A stretch of DNA of 63,430 bases, counting the filler, from Dirinaria sp. TL-2023a (lineage: Eukaryota): NCBI GenBank assembly GCA_051941275.1. It is 19 parts of 19 records of this genome, joined end to end, with 100 filler letters (N's around TTAATTAATTAA, not from the genome) between each part and the next. Parts side by side here need not be neighbours in the genome. Positions count along the whole stretch, not along the records: positions 46,979 to 50,210 come from JAVEBF010002093.1; positions 50,311 to 53,531 come from JAVEBF010002094.1; positions 53,632 to 56,834 come from JAVEBF010002095.1; positions 56,935 to 60,137 come from JAVEBF010002096.1; 15 more parts are not named here. The stretch is one strand, 5' to 3'. This document shows, piece by piece, positions 46,979 through 59,384 of the stretch. The number at the start of each line of letters is the position of its first letter. Position 1 is the stretch's first letter. Made by a program: the position numbers and the translations under genes. A model generated the notes under the pieces. It saw only the letters and a list, made by a program, of their open reading frames with translations. It was not told the origin of the DNA and did not search any database.

Positions 46979-49900
46979 CTCGCTGTCGGCTGGGACGCCA
47001 AAGTGGGAAGTCGACGATGAAAAGACCTTGACGATCGAAGATGCCGAAGTCAGTTTCTTCGTTGGCTGCGTCGGTAAGAACGCGGGAAAAGACGACACAG
47101 CGGCAAAGGCAATTCAGAAATCAGTTGGGTGGTATGGTGGTTTGAGTGTGAAAGGTACTTTTACCTTCCGGGAGGACCTCAAAATCGTCGTCTGCCTACA
47201 GATTGTGAGAAAGCCCGGCGGTGGGTGGGGCTACATTGTCATTGGCCAAGCTGAGTCCGATTTGAGCCTCCACGACCTGGTTGACTTCTGCCCCAAGGAT
47301 GGGGATCTAGATTTCAGTCTTAAGAAAGTTTGGCTTGTGGCTTCCAACATTGACGTTGATCCCACAATGTTACCTCCGGACGCACAACAATTCCCAGTAA
47401 AAAAAGGTGAGTTCTCGAAGGAATCCTTTGTGAGAATTGCAGCATAGCCCACTCCATCCCATACTTGACGAGTCGGTTGTCCGTTGCCGAACCTAACGTT
47501 TGTGGTCACGTCATCTTAACCTTGCAATCAGACACTGATTCAAGACTGCGGGCAGTACTTGGATCTCGCGCTGACATGAAGTTTAGGTATCTTCCTTTGC
47601 ACCTATCTTGATACTGTGCCACTTATCGACGGCAAGAGTAACCTTGTCAAAAAAGGAGACCCTAAAGATCAGGCGTATCTCTATCTCGGTCTTCAGTCAG
47701 GTGCTCTTCCGTCAGTAGCGATTTATCTGCCAAAGACAATGTCTGTGGAGCTTGGTCCACGCGTAAAAGTAGGAGACTTCTACTGTCGACTCTCTGCAGG
47801 GACATCAGGCCCTAAGATCGAATTCATTGGCCATGTTGTGGTGACCATGGAAGCTCATCGAGAACTCGACTTCGAACTGCTTCTGGAAGGAGACCCTGTT
47901 GGCGGCAAGCTTGCAATGGTCATGGATGGCATCATTGAAAATCCGTTCGGCCTGAGCAAGAGAATCGTGCTAGGAGCTAAGGGAGATGGCCAGAAACTTG
48001 GATTCCAAGTCGGTGTGATCTGGGCCCAGCTTGCAGCCACTGGAATGCCGGCAGGATTGGGCCTTTCAGGCACGCTCTGTATCGATTACCAAACGCCAAA
48101 GCAAAAGACGTACGGTATGACCGTTAATTTGAGCGAAAATCCTTTGGACTTTATCATCGTTGTCAATGCGACATCTCTGGCCTATAATGACCTTATCGAT
48201 ATCGCCTCTGCTCTGATATCAAAGCCAATTCCCGCTGGAGACGTATCAGGAGCATCATTCAGGAGTCTGGAAATCTATGCAAGCCTTGGCGGCTCTTTCG
48301 GATCGCAGACTTATCCACCTGGGTTTCGAATGCGAGGTATTATGAGCATGAATGGCAAGGACGCGTTCTTCAGCTGCGATATCTCAACATCCGGTCTGAA
48401 AATACTAGGCTGCATTCCATCTTTCGAAATTGGATGCCTGAAATTGACTGGCGAGAAAGATCTGCCGGTATTGACCGACTGGCCTGTAGCTATGCAGCAA
48501 ATCACGGATGACAAGGTATCGAAGGGTGATCCAGAGATGACTGCGTTAGTGGCATCCCAACGCTATCAGGGCAAATATGCGCTATTGGATCTACAGGTCA
48601 CGCTGGCCAAGCAGTCTTTCCTCTTGAACGGAAAAATCGAGATCTTTGGACTCACAGCATATGCGGATATCGAATGTCAATACAAGCCGGAGCCCAAATT
48701 TTCCTTCGACTTCTTCCTGAATTGGAACGATCTCATCAAGCTAAAGCTTCATGCAAAGATGCTTGACAATAAATATCTTGATCGACCCCGTGATGCAGAC
48801 TTTGAGATTTCAGCGACCTTTGAGCAAACAATTATTCGCCAAATCGTGGACACACTCAGTGCCGTGATGAAAAGGACTTCTGAGACACTCAGCAAAGGCG
48901 TGGGCAAAGTCAAAGCGGAAATCCAGGCGCTTGAGGATAAGAAACGTGCGGCGCTCGAAGCTTTAATCGAGAAACTTAGAGTGGCGGAAAATGACTTAGC
49001 TGAGGAGAAGGCGGTCATTGAGCGACAGATCGAGGCGAACAAGCAACGTACATTGGATCGAGGCCGGAAACTCGAAGAGGCAAAGGCAGCTACTGAAGCA
49101 AGGAAACAGCAGCGAAAGCATGAGGCGGACGAGAGACGGGAGGTCAGACGACGAGAAGCGAGGGAGCGAAAAAATCAGAGGGAGGCCGAGGAAAACGCTC
49201 GAGTAGCGCAAATTGCACGCGAGAGGCAAGAAAAGGAAGGCCAGAAGTCTCAACAGCAGCGGAACATGATCAGCGCTTTTGGTGGCATCACACCAGATGA
49301 GATCCTTCGAGATGCTCGCCGAGATCTTGAAAATGTGAAAAGTAAGTAATACGACCTTTTTCTCTGACGAACGTCAAAAACCTTGTCAGTTCCCATCTGC
49401 TTTCTCTGACGAGCCGATGGAATGCTTGTGGGTCTTCCACGAGATCCAAATTAGTGATTCTCTGTTGGATTGGAATAAATTGACCGAAGCGCATGATTCT
49501 TGTTTATCTTCGTATCCCAACTTGATATTAATTCGCAATGCTAACGAACAACAGGAGAAAGGGACTACTGGGATATCCGTGTGGACGAAATCAACGGCTT
49601 CTTACATCCGTAAGCCCTCAGCTCCTTCACTTCAATCATAGTCAATTCCACTGATGGTATCCAGCGTCGATGAAAGCGAAGCCCGAGCAAAGTTAACCGT
49701 CCTCGTCATCTACGTCGCAACAGCCGAGACTGCGCTTGACCTCCTATATGGACTCGTCAATTCTCCCGAGTTCCATGCCGCGACGAGCTTTCTGGACGAT
49801 CTAGAGCGTGGCCTTGAAGACCTCTCAAGACAGCTTGAAGAAAGTTACCACGCGGCCGAAAAGACAGTTCAAGGCTTTGCCGATGATCTGAACAATACTC

Positions 49901-50210
49901 TAGACGATCTCAATCACGAATTTGATTCGGCCATGATCGAAATGCAAGATGTCGTGGACCAAGCTTCGCGAGAACTCGGTAATTTTGTCGACGAGCAGCG
50001 CGCAGCCCTGAGTGATCTCACGTCCCAGCTGGAGTCTCTCCTTAACAGCGCAAAAGCCGCGTTAGTCAAGAGACTCAAGCAAGAGCTCGAAGATCTCAAG
50101 AATGACGACACTCTCCTGATCGCCGCACGGAAGACCCTTGATGGCTTTGATAGACTGCAGCAAGGCGCTTTCGATACACTTGACGGGTTGATGAAGGAGG
50201 CCGTGGGAAA
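46979..50210 (+). CDS. Large uncharacterised beta-strand-rich plus coiled-coil protein, open at both ends; introns 47407-47586, 49342-49554, 49610-49664
   Basis: Canonical GT-AG introns with CTRAY branch points join ORFs 47028, 47616, a 55-nt micro-exon (RERDYWDIRVDEINGFLHP) and 49654 in one frame. Amphipathic beta strands (IENPFGLSK, GLGLSGTLCI, TYPPGFRMRG) precede a long E/K/R/A/L heptad region. Confidence 0.8.
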
Positions 50211-50311
50211 NNNNNNNNNNNNNNNNNNNNNNNNNNNNNNNNNNNNNNNNNNNNTTAATTAATTAANNNNNNNNNNNNNNNNNNNNNNNNNNNNNNNNNN
50301 NNNNNNNNNNA

Positions 50312-50697
50312 CCACTTGCTAGCGCAAAAAGGCTACAGAAGGAGGCTTACAGAGCATGGCTGGCTGGTCTGACTTTCAATGCCATTGCTGGCTTCTATAC
50401 GCTCTGGCAGCTTCGCCGGAGAGAGCAAAATACTGACAAAAGCGACGGGGAAGGTGTTGTTGAAAGCAAGAAGCTTGCTAGGTAATGCGACGAGCGCTCT
50501 TGTTGCGTCGTTTAGGCTAACCCGAAATGTTTAGAGAGCGGGCGGCGACCAATGTGCAGCTCTTATCTGACCTCTGCGACCTTACAATACCGATATCTGT
50601 ACTGGGTTATCTAGACCTCGACGACGGTCTAGTCGGTCTTGCGGGCACGGCCAGCAGCTTGATCGGTGTTTGGACAACTTGGAAGAAGACCGCTTGA
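50312..50697 (+). CDS. PEX11: Peroxisomal biogenesis factor 11, C-terminal part; intron 50482-50534 (absent from ORF track)
   Basis: Spliced translation AKRLQKEAYRAWLAGLTFNAIAGFYTLWQL...DGEGVVESKKLAR|ERAATNVQLLSDLCDLTIP...LDDGLVGLAGTASSLIGVWTTWKKTA*. Confidence 0.93.
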
Positions 50698-51253
50698 CAT
50701 TACGCAAGAACGAGCGTTCCATTGTAAGCGTCCGATATCGATCTATGACACCAGTATCGTACGGTGTCACGATTCCGCTGGAGACTATGATACGCACGAC
50801 TGATTCGAAGGACCTATGAGCAGTCCAATAGGTGCAAGGTGAGGAATTCAGGCTCTTTCGGGATGTTCACGGCGCTGAGCTGTTAGCTCGGGAGAAGATT
50901 CTTTGATCATGAATTTCAGATATGTAATTCAGCTATTTGAAAAGGGAAGTTTTTTTGGGATGTAGCCGCGACTGCACAAACGTGCCCATCCATCTCTCCT
51001 CTTGGCCTGGTTGTGTCTGAATTTGGCGTATCACATGCCAATGCCAAGTCGAGCTTATTACAAACTGCTTCCTTTCCCTCCATAGGATCTGCTCCATGGG
51101 GATTCCTTGCTTCTTTCAGGCTGTAACAAGTTCCGCTATGTAGATGCACAGTACATCTTCGAGCATAGCCTCCTTTGCTGGTCTCGCCCAATCCCCTCGT
51201 GTAAGCATTATCCGCACAAGCCTGCACATCGTCGTAGGTTTGCGTCGTCGAGA

Positions 51254-53531
51254 ATGGACGCCCAGATGGATCTCGAATCGCTTTTCCAAGCGGTCACGAC
51301 CTGTGGGAGAGCCAAGCCACCAGTGCTAGTTCATGAGTCTGCTCAAGTAGGAACTAAGGTGCCTCCCATTGAGGCGGACAATGTCACACGGAATCCGTGC
51401 CAGGCAGCGAATGGCCGGGTAGACGCCGCGGCTCCGTCCATAGATCCGATGCAAGACATTGTCGCCGAGCGATGCCCCGTTGTGACCTTAGAAGCTGCTA
51501 CCCAGCAATTTTCTTGCAAGAAATTCACTCGGCCACAATCGGCTCATGGAAATCTCTCCGAAGGCTTTATCTTCGAGAAGGCACAGCCAATGAATGCCAA
51601 CATGACCCGTAGTTTCGGCTCGACCGCCATTATCGACTTAAAGCCTGCTTCAGGTCACGGTGTTGTTGCTAGCGACAAAAGAATAAGGGCGACTGTGTCT
51701 GGGCCAACCGAAGGCCCTGCTGCTGAGATTGCCCGCCCCTCAGAGTTATGCCAGCCCCCCTGCAGTCCAGATCAGTCGAAAGAGAAAGAGAAAGAGCCGA
51801 GCCATCAGCCACAGACGAATCAGGCCCTAGGCTGCTCTCGAGACTGTCCGCAGCAAGAGACTGAAGATACGCAACCTGTATCTGTGTCTTCGTCACCGCG
51901 AGAAGCTACAGAGCAGATTATGGACCTGGACAAGGATCCTAAACAAAATGCATTACCGCCCGAAAAAAATTCTATACAGACTGCCACTGATAAGGAGACC
52001 GTGTCCGTTCGAACACCGACTGGGTCGGAACCTCACCATGACATGCGCCGCCCCATGAGGCCGTCTAAGCCAATCACCCCCATAGCCCCTCGGCCTCGAT
52101 TGGGTGCCAAACGAAAGGTGTCAAAATCCCAACACAAGGTATCCAAACCCTCAACTAGCACCATCGACGTGCCAAATGGTATCCAAAATTCGCAGTCGTC
52201 CCTTGCGGACGAAGAACTATTAGCTGTGTTGCTATCGCGATATAGAACCGACAAGCAGACCAGAGACCAAGAACGCGCTGCACATGTCACTGAGGTGCAG
52301 GATCTTAAAGATATCGGTAATTCAATCTGGGAACAGTTGCAAGCGTCACTTGCAAGAGAGCAATTGCAGTGTGACGAACTGTCGCGGCTTCGAAGCAATC
52401 AGCCAAAACTCCTCGAAAAGTTCAAGAATCTAAGCAAGTACGTGGAAGGTTTGAATCGAGACCATCATGCTTTAAGAGACAAGGCCCGAACGATTCAGGA
52501 TGAGCAAGCCAAGCTTCAGCAAGAAAAGGGATGCCTCTTCGCAGATGTTCATGGCATTCGCCAGCATTCTCAAGCTGCGCTTGTAGATTGCAAATCAGCA
52601 TTGAAAGAAGCCCAGCATGAGCTACATGTGCAGCGTCACACAATTACAACTCAGCAGGCCCAGATGCAAGAGAGCGCGCGCTCACTTTCGCTTGAGCGTG
52701 ACAGAAATGATCTGATACTGGCTGAAATTCAGAAGATTGGCATCGGTCATCAGAACTCCGCAGAAGCATCCGCAGCTCAAGGTAACCATTTCATTGCCAA
52801 GCTGGACAGCACTCTCAGCATGCTGGAAGATCTACGACAAAATGAGGGGTCCGCCTCCTATGAGGAGCTTAAAGCAATCATGTGCCAATGTACCGCTACG
52901 GTCAACATGCTACGGGACCCGGGGAATGTGACTACTGAAGATATTCGGCTTCTTGAGACATCTATCAGGGCATCAGCCGACGGGTAGGTTTTCCTATGTA
53001 TCGGATTCCAATCACAAAACGCTAATCAAGGCAAGTATTACCGACGCCGTGCAATCTTGTCGAGATGAGGTCCATTCCCTCAACATAGATCCTCAAGACT
53101 TGGTCAATAAGGTCAAGAAGGACTTCCAGCTATTGCGTGAAAACATCAAATCGGAGCAATCCTTGAGTGGCCAAATCAAGGAGCATTGCATGTCGAAGGC
53201 TGTCCTGGAGGAAAGAGTCAAGACATCCGACGCTGCGTTGCTAGAAGCTCGTCAAAGAATTGCCACCGCGCAAGATATGGAAGCTTCCCTAAAGCAGAAA
53301 GTCAATGCTCTGGAGATGGAGGCCGTCACTCTTCGCAAGCAGCCGCGTGACTCCCCAGAGACCCTGAATCGGCTTCGAGATATAGACATGCAGAACAAAG
53401 CCATCCAACAAGAGATACAGGGATTACATGAAACAAATACCGAGGCATCGAAGCTGCTACAAGCCAAGTTTGAAGATTACTCCCACGTCCAGCTACAACT
53501 GGAAGTGGTGAATAGTCAATTGGGAGAAGAG
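51254..53531 (+). CDS. Long coiled-coil protein with disordered N-terminus, 3' truncated; intron 52984-53035
   Basis: MDAQMDLESLF start; S/P/T-rich head, then more than 400 aa of heptad-rich sequence (EELLAVLLSRYR, LSKYVEGLNRDHHALR). The GTAGGT...GCTAAT...AAG intron joins the two ORFs. Confidence 0.75.
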
Positions 53532-54011
53532 NNNNNNNNNNNNNNNNNNNNNNNNNNNNNNNNNNNNNNNNNNNNTTAATTAATTAANNNNNNNNNNNNN
53601 NNNNNNNNNNNNNNNNNNNNNNNNNNNNNNNACAATTTTACTTACCAGTCTCACCATAGCTGGGACATTCTATTGGCAGCAGAAAGAAAAGCCAATGAGG
53701 CATCCAAGACAGCGTGTAGATGCGTAGGAGACCACATCTCTAAAACCCCTCGCTGTCGTTCGTCTCAGCGCGCTAGCATATGTCCATTTTCAAGTACGGC
53801 AATCATTGCAAGAAAAGAAATGACGGTTTGGATGAATTGCAAGGTTCGCACTACGAAATCTGGCGCCATCGGAGACTATCTCGAATCTCTCGTGAGCCGA
53901 GGATGTAGAAAGGCTTCACTTCAAAAGATTAATAGCGACTTCCGCTATCTGGGTTGTAGTCTCTGCTACGGCAATTGCCACCTCGAAACAATTGCTGTTT
54001 TGCGAAGAAGC

Positions 54012-56193
54012 CTATGCTCGACGGCTTTCCATCGGTTGTTCGTGGCCTCTTGCTAGTACGCCTAATGTCTTGCTCTCTTTGTTTGAATACTGTACTTCTG
54101 GAATGAGGTAGAATGTCGCCACCGCCCCTGTCAACATTACGACCCCGAATCTACATACTATTAGCATCACAACCAAGATACAGACTCTTTCGATAGCTTT
54201 AATGTACCCTAGAAGAACCTTTCCGAGGTTAATACTAGGTTTGCCTTCTTGACAGCTCCTGATTGCGTTGAATCGAATGTCTTTAAGCGCGAGTTAAGCG
54301 ACGATGGAACCGAGCTTGCCGGATGCAGCCGAAATGCCAATGCAAGAACATCGATACCTTGTTGGGAATAACTCGGCGGGGAACTCGAAAGCATTTCTGT
54401 CAGCCTAATATCGATCTCATACACCAAGCAATTTTAGCAGCCCTCACCATAAAGGTCAACGCATTGGGACCTTCAATTAATATTAGCTAGACTTCGCAAG
54501 GGGGGGACTAGTAACAATATTTACCTAAATTGAACAAAGCTTGACAGAAAGCATAGACTATGACTACCACGAACCAGGCGCCGCCATAATGATACATGAT
54601 CTCATGCAATAAGATCGATCCCACCACAAAGAAGAGCAGCCCAAGTCCGACAAATGCACCACACTGAAGCCATCTCCGGCTGATATGGTCGACCAGCCAA
54701 ATAAGCGCGAGTGAACCCATGATGGCACCAATGGATACGATCAACCAGAAAGCAAACTCGTTGTCTTCGAATAAGGACACGGGATTATCTGAGATCGTAG
54801 GTTCCGAGTTCCAAACATTATCTGCCAGAGCATTCAGGGTCGTGTTGTTGGGTTGACATCCTTTGTAGAGTCCGGTGACGATTTGTGGACTGTTAAGTCC
54901 GAGGCCGAAGAAAGCAAAGTCGAGCAAGAACCACGTCCCAGCGGTACCCAAAAGCGTTGTCCAGTTGCGCCGATACCATTTGTCGCCTCTCCTGAAAAAG
55001 TAATCCATAAAGTCGTTCAGAGATGGCTCCGGGGGCAGTAAATCCTCGTCCTTCGATAATTCTCCGAATTCAGGGTCTCCCTCGTGAGTCATGGCCTCAA
55101 CAGCATGACTTCCCTTAGAAGGATTTCTCTCCACATCGTAAATGTAGCGTGGTGTCTCCGGGATAGTCGCACGGAGAGCCATGGCGAAGGCGGCTGGAAT
55201 CGCGGCTACGCCAAAAATCAGACGCCAAGATGTATCGAGTGACATTTTGCCCCCTCGCAAGGCTGCATAGGCGACGATTGCGGCGACGCACTGACCAAAT
55301 GATTGCATGCTGAATACGGTCGCAAGCATTCGCGCTCTATTCTTGCATGGTGCCCACCTTAAAGGTCAGTCTTATCGACGAGACTACAATCTGCAGAGAG
55401 CCAAGGATCTAGGACTCACTCGCTTGTTATAGCAGCCGTCAAAGGGTACTCTGCACCTATTCCAAATCCCAGAACGAATCTGAAAAAGATCAACCAAGCC
55501 GTGATTCGCATCGAAGATGAGCTTAATCCTGGCGTATTCGGGGTCGCGATAGGGCCTGAAAGCGAGACAGGCTCTGAGGTCGAACTTGTCTCTATGGCGC
55601 CTTGTGACGCCATAGATATGCATAGAGAGGCCACACTGATACCCAGGAGCTCATAGCCGTAAACTTTCTTGCGGCCAATCCAGTCTGCGAGAATACCGAG
55701 AGAGATCTGGCCAACAACGGCGCCTGCCAGCGTGGCACTGTTGATCCCTGTCTCGTGATCCGAATGTCTGTCCCCAGACCAGTATAAGTAACCCAGGATT
55801 GGCAAAGCGAAGTTATCTGCAAATAGTTTGTCAAGCTGGTGAGCGTGGATCTTGCAGGGAGGAGGTGGACTGTACAAGATACCCGTCTACAAAGAATCCT
55901 GCACCCGCCACCCACACGACCAACTTTTGAAAAGGGCCTGCATCGAGTTTCTGGATATCGAGTTTGCGTCTCAGGGCCGGGTCCTAATGGCAGCGGTGTC
56001 AGCGCAAGCGCTGAGTATGAGTGGACTCTGCAAAGCTCACATGCTCATGAGCGTGCTGGTCGTCATTCGCGCGATCGTTCCAGATATTATACCGGTAGAT
56101 TCTATACCAATGGGCCTTTGGTGCAGACCCAGCGTTGGATTGACTCTCTCCATGGTTTGAATACGATTTCGAAAAGGTCCCCCGTGCACTCAT
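54012..56193 (-). pseudogene. PHO84: PHO84-like inorganic phosphate:H+ symporter (MFS, PHS family) with premature stop
   Basis: [110 protein letters not shown] at 54294-54296 where Gln is conserved. Confidence 0.8.
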
Positions 56194-57458
56194 GAATGAC
56201 GAAATCAGGATCTCAGACGATTGGAACGCTGGAAATGAAGCTGGAGAGTGGGGATGGTTAAGGAGAAGAGCCTGGCGGCGTCATATCGAAGTAGAATCAT
56301 CATATGAGAATAACTTAACGATGCCGTGCCTGATCATGGCTTACTAGTGAGGCTCGCCCGGGAAGGGAGTAACCGTGGGTGGCCGACCAGGAGTCGATCT
56401 TAGTAGATGGCACATCCCACCCAGAAGTGAACCTTAGATGGGTTAAATCGACATGTCTGAAGTTGGCTTCTACTGGACGAACTCACCTGTGCCTATCGCG
56501 AAGTCCCTGCGTAAGCCAACCACCAATTGATGCGCCCTCTTTACCCACGTTCAGTAAAGCAAAGTTCCCATTGGCGCCTAGGAAAGGTAGAATTTCCATG
56601 AACGCCCGGTTTGTGTGCAGCCTACCTACAGGGTGGCGCAGGTGGTCGACTGAATCAGCCCAGTCTTCCCATCATTCAAAGTCCTGGGCAATGCAAAGCC
56701 ATTGATCCATGGAGGGCTCCCTCAAAATTTCAGCAATAGAGCTGGCGATAGACGCGTAGGATCCAAAAATCGTCTCGACAGCCACGTTCACAGAGCTTTC
56801 CGATTAGAGATGGTTTCAGATCACTGTTGTAAGANNNNNNNNNNNNNNNNNNNNNNNNNNNNNNNNNNNNNNNNNNNNTTAATTAATTAANNNNNNNNNN
56901 NNNNNNNNNNNNNNNNNNNNNNNNNNNNNNNNNNACACCTCTCTGTTCCTAAAATCTAAATATGTGTGTGCCTCGGAGGCGGCTATCTCGTTTATTTCTC
57001 ATCCCCCTTATTTTTTTTGTTTTTTTTGGTGGAGAAAAAAGGGGAGATTATAAAACCACCTCATATACTATATATACTAGATGCTCTTATCAACCCATAA
57101 CCATAACAACCTCACTGAAATTGAAAGTCGAAAATTATAAAATTCAAAAAAATTCCCAGGGACCAAGGATATAGTAGAGAGAAGGGGGAAGGGGGAAAGA
57201 TGAATTCACGCTCAAGGAAGAAGAAATAAATTGACTCCACAGATATATAGATTCCGGAACAGGTTTGGGTTTCTTTTTCTTTCTGTTTGTTTATATAAGA
57301 GGGTAGTTAAGGTATGTAGGTTAGGTAGGTAGGTGTGAAATGTCATTTTCTATCCAAACCTTCTTTCTTTCCAATTCATAGAAAAGAGAGAGAGATAGAC
57401 AGATAGACAAGCCTTCCGAAGACCCAAAAAACACACACACACACATCCCTCTGCCCTA

Positions 57459-59384
57459 TCACCCCCAAATCGCCTCCCTACCTCTAGCCCCGCCTCCCGC
57501 GTCACCAGCATGGCCCCCCTCAGGAGTCGTGAGGACATATCTCCAACTCTCGACGCCATCTACAAACAGCCGAAACCTCAGGACCCCCTGCCCAGCACCA
57601 CCACCGTGACCGTCCCTGCTCGCGCCTTCCACATCCACAACGCCGAACTTACTATTCCCGTCGGGGACATATTTCAGACACACCTCTCCTTCTCCCTCGC
57701 GCTCGCTGTAGGTTCTGACAGGCAGATAGAACATGCTCAGAGGGCTGGTGCTGAACTCGTGCACCTTGGTGGAGCCGTTGTCGTGGGGCGAGGGGAACGC
57801 CGTGGCTGCGAACTCGTGCCGGTCGCCGCTCAGGATGACGATACCCGCGCCGGCGGGAGCGGACCACATCGCTTCGAGGATGAGCTGGCGCTCGTGCAGG
57901 TACGCGGCCCAGGTGTCCGAGGAGCCGAAGCGCCAGTTCCGAGTGAACGGGATGGAGCTGATGACGAATTTCCATTTTACGCCCGCAGGCGCGGGGGTGC
58001 GCAGGAAGGTGAGAAGGGAAGAGAGTTGGGCTGCGCCGAGCATGGTTTTTTGCGGGGAGGAAGCGGGGTGTGTGAAGGAGGGGGAGCGATAGCGGCGCGT
58101 GTCTAGGAGGAAGAAGGTGGCCGGGCCATGGGTGAAGGTGAAGTAGGACGCGTTTGGAGGGGGGGGGGGTGGGTTGATGGAAGTGTGGTAGATGTGCCAG
58201 GGGTCGACGGCGGCGGGGTACGGGGCTGTCGTGTTGCCGTCCCAGTCGTTGGCGATTTCATGGTCGTCGAGCACGTGCAGCCAGGGCAGTTCTGTGGAAA
58301 CGGAGGCCCAGTCCGGCGAGGCGTATACTTGGCGGTATTCCCGGCGGTAGGTTTCGCGGTCGTAGCCCAGGCGGCGCGGGACGTCAATGTAGATGAAGTC
58401 GCCCAGGAAGAGCATGAACGAGGCGCGCAAAGAGGGGAGCTGCTTGGCGAGATGTTTGAAACCGGGGATGGAAAGTGGGTGGGCTAGCGGATTGTAGGGG
58501 AAGCGCGGCTTGATGCAGCTTGATGTCAGGAACGTCATCTTCTCGGTACCCGGCCATGTCTCGCCAGAAGGGGGAGCGGTGGTGAAGAAGCCGGTATGGT
58601 TGTTCGAGACGGCGTATTGGTATCGGCTTGAGGGACGTAACTTAGCGATGCTCAAGGTGTATGTGAAATCCGTGTCGTCCGAGAGCCAGTACACGTGGCC
58701 GGCGCTTTTCCAGGAATTGTCTACCCGGGGCGCAAATTCAGTCTGAACGCCTCTGTACGATATGTATAGGGGCAATTGGGCAGTATTGGGCTCGCGAACT
58801 AGGATCCTTGCGCTTGTATCGGACACGAAGCCCACCCGTGCGAAGGCCAGGTCATGACTTGGATGTAGATACGGCGCCCGGTATATCGTGTCGGCGGTGA
58901 GGATAGCGGCTACCACGTTCAGGAAGATGGTCGTTGCCGTCCAGAATGGCGAAGAGGGGCTGGGAAGTCCCGAAAGCAATGTCCATGCGATCTGTGGATC
59001 TGCTCCTCTTGGACCGGTGCTGCGCACCTCATCCTTGTTGGAAGTTGCATTCAAAGTTTCCAAGCTCTTCGGGCTTCTTAACCTGGTGGCTGGAACCTCG
59101 TCGGAAGATGCGTCCGCTGATCCGGCATCTTTGGTGCTATTTTGAGTTCGCAACGAGACCGGATGGGACTGAAGATACGAGTGAATTGCGATGAGATACG
59201 CAACTAAGGAAGCCAGCACGACAGGTGGAGCATGATGTCCGGGAATCTGAAGTCAGATCGTCAGCTCGCTGTCGCTCGTGCCTCGGATCAGGGGCGTGTC
59301 AAATACCCATCGGAGGAAGACGTACGCAGCTGTCCGGAGAATCGTGCTCGAAAGTACGATGATGATGGCGGACGGGGAAGCCAT
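57459..59384 (-). CDS. PhoD-family alkaline phosphatase/phosphodiesterase with N-terminal membrane anchors; intron 59247-59306
   Basis: FLGDFIYID, DDHEIANDW, LLDTRRYR, TMLGAAQ, SSIPF, DTWAAYLHER, ILSGDRHE; exon 1 MASPSAIII...YVFLRW|IPGHH. Confidence 0.92.

Noticed and set aside
54012..59384. Phosphate-scavenging cluster (PHO84 next to PhoD)
   Set aside because: The genes are on different contigs, separated by the 56835-56934 spacer. Both contigs are 3203 bp, so adjacency comes from size sorting.
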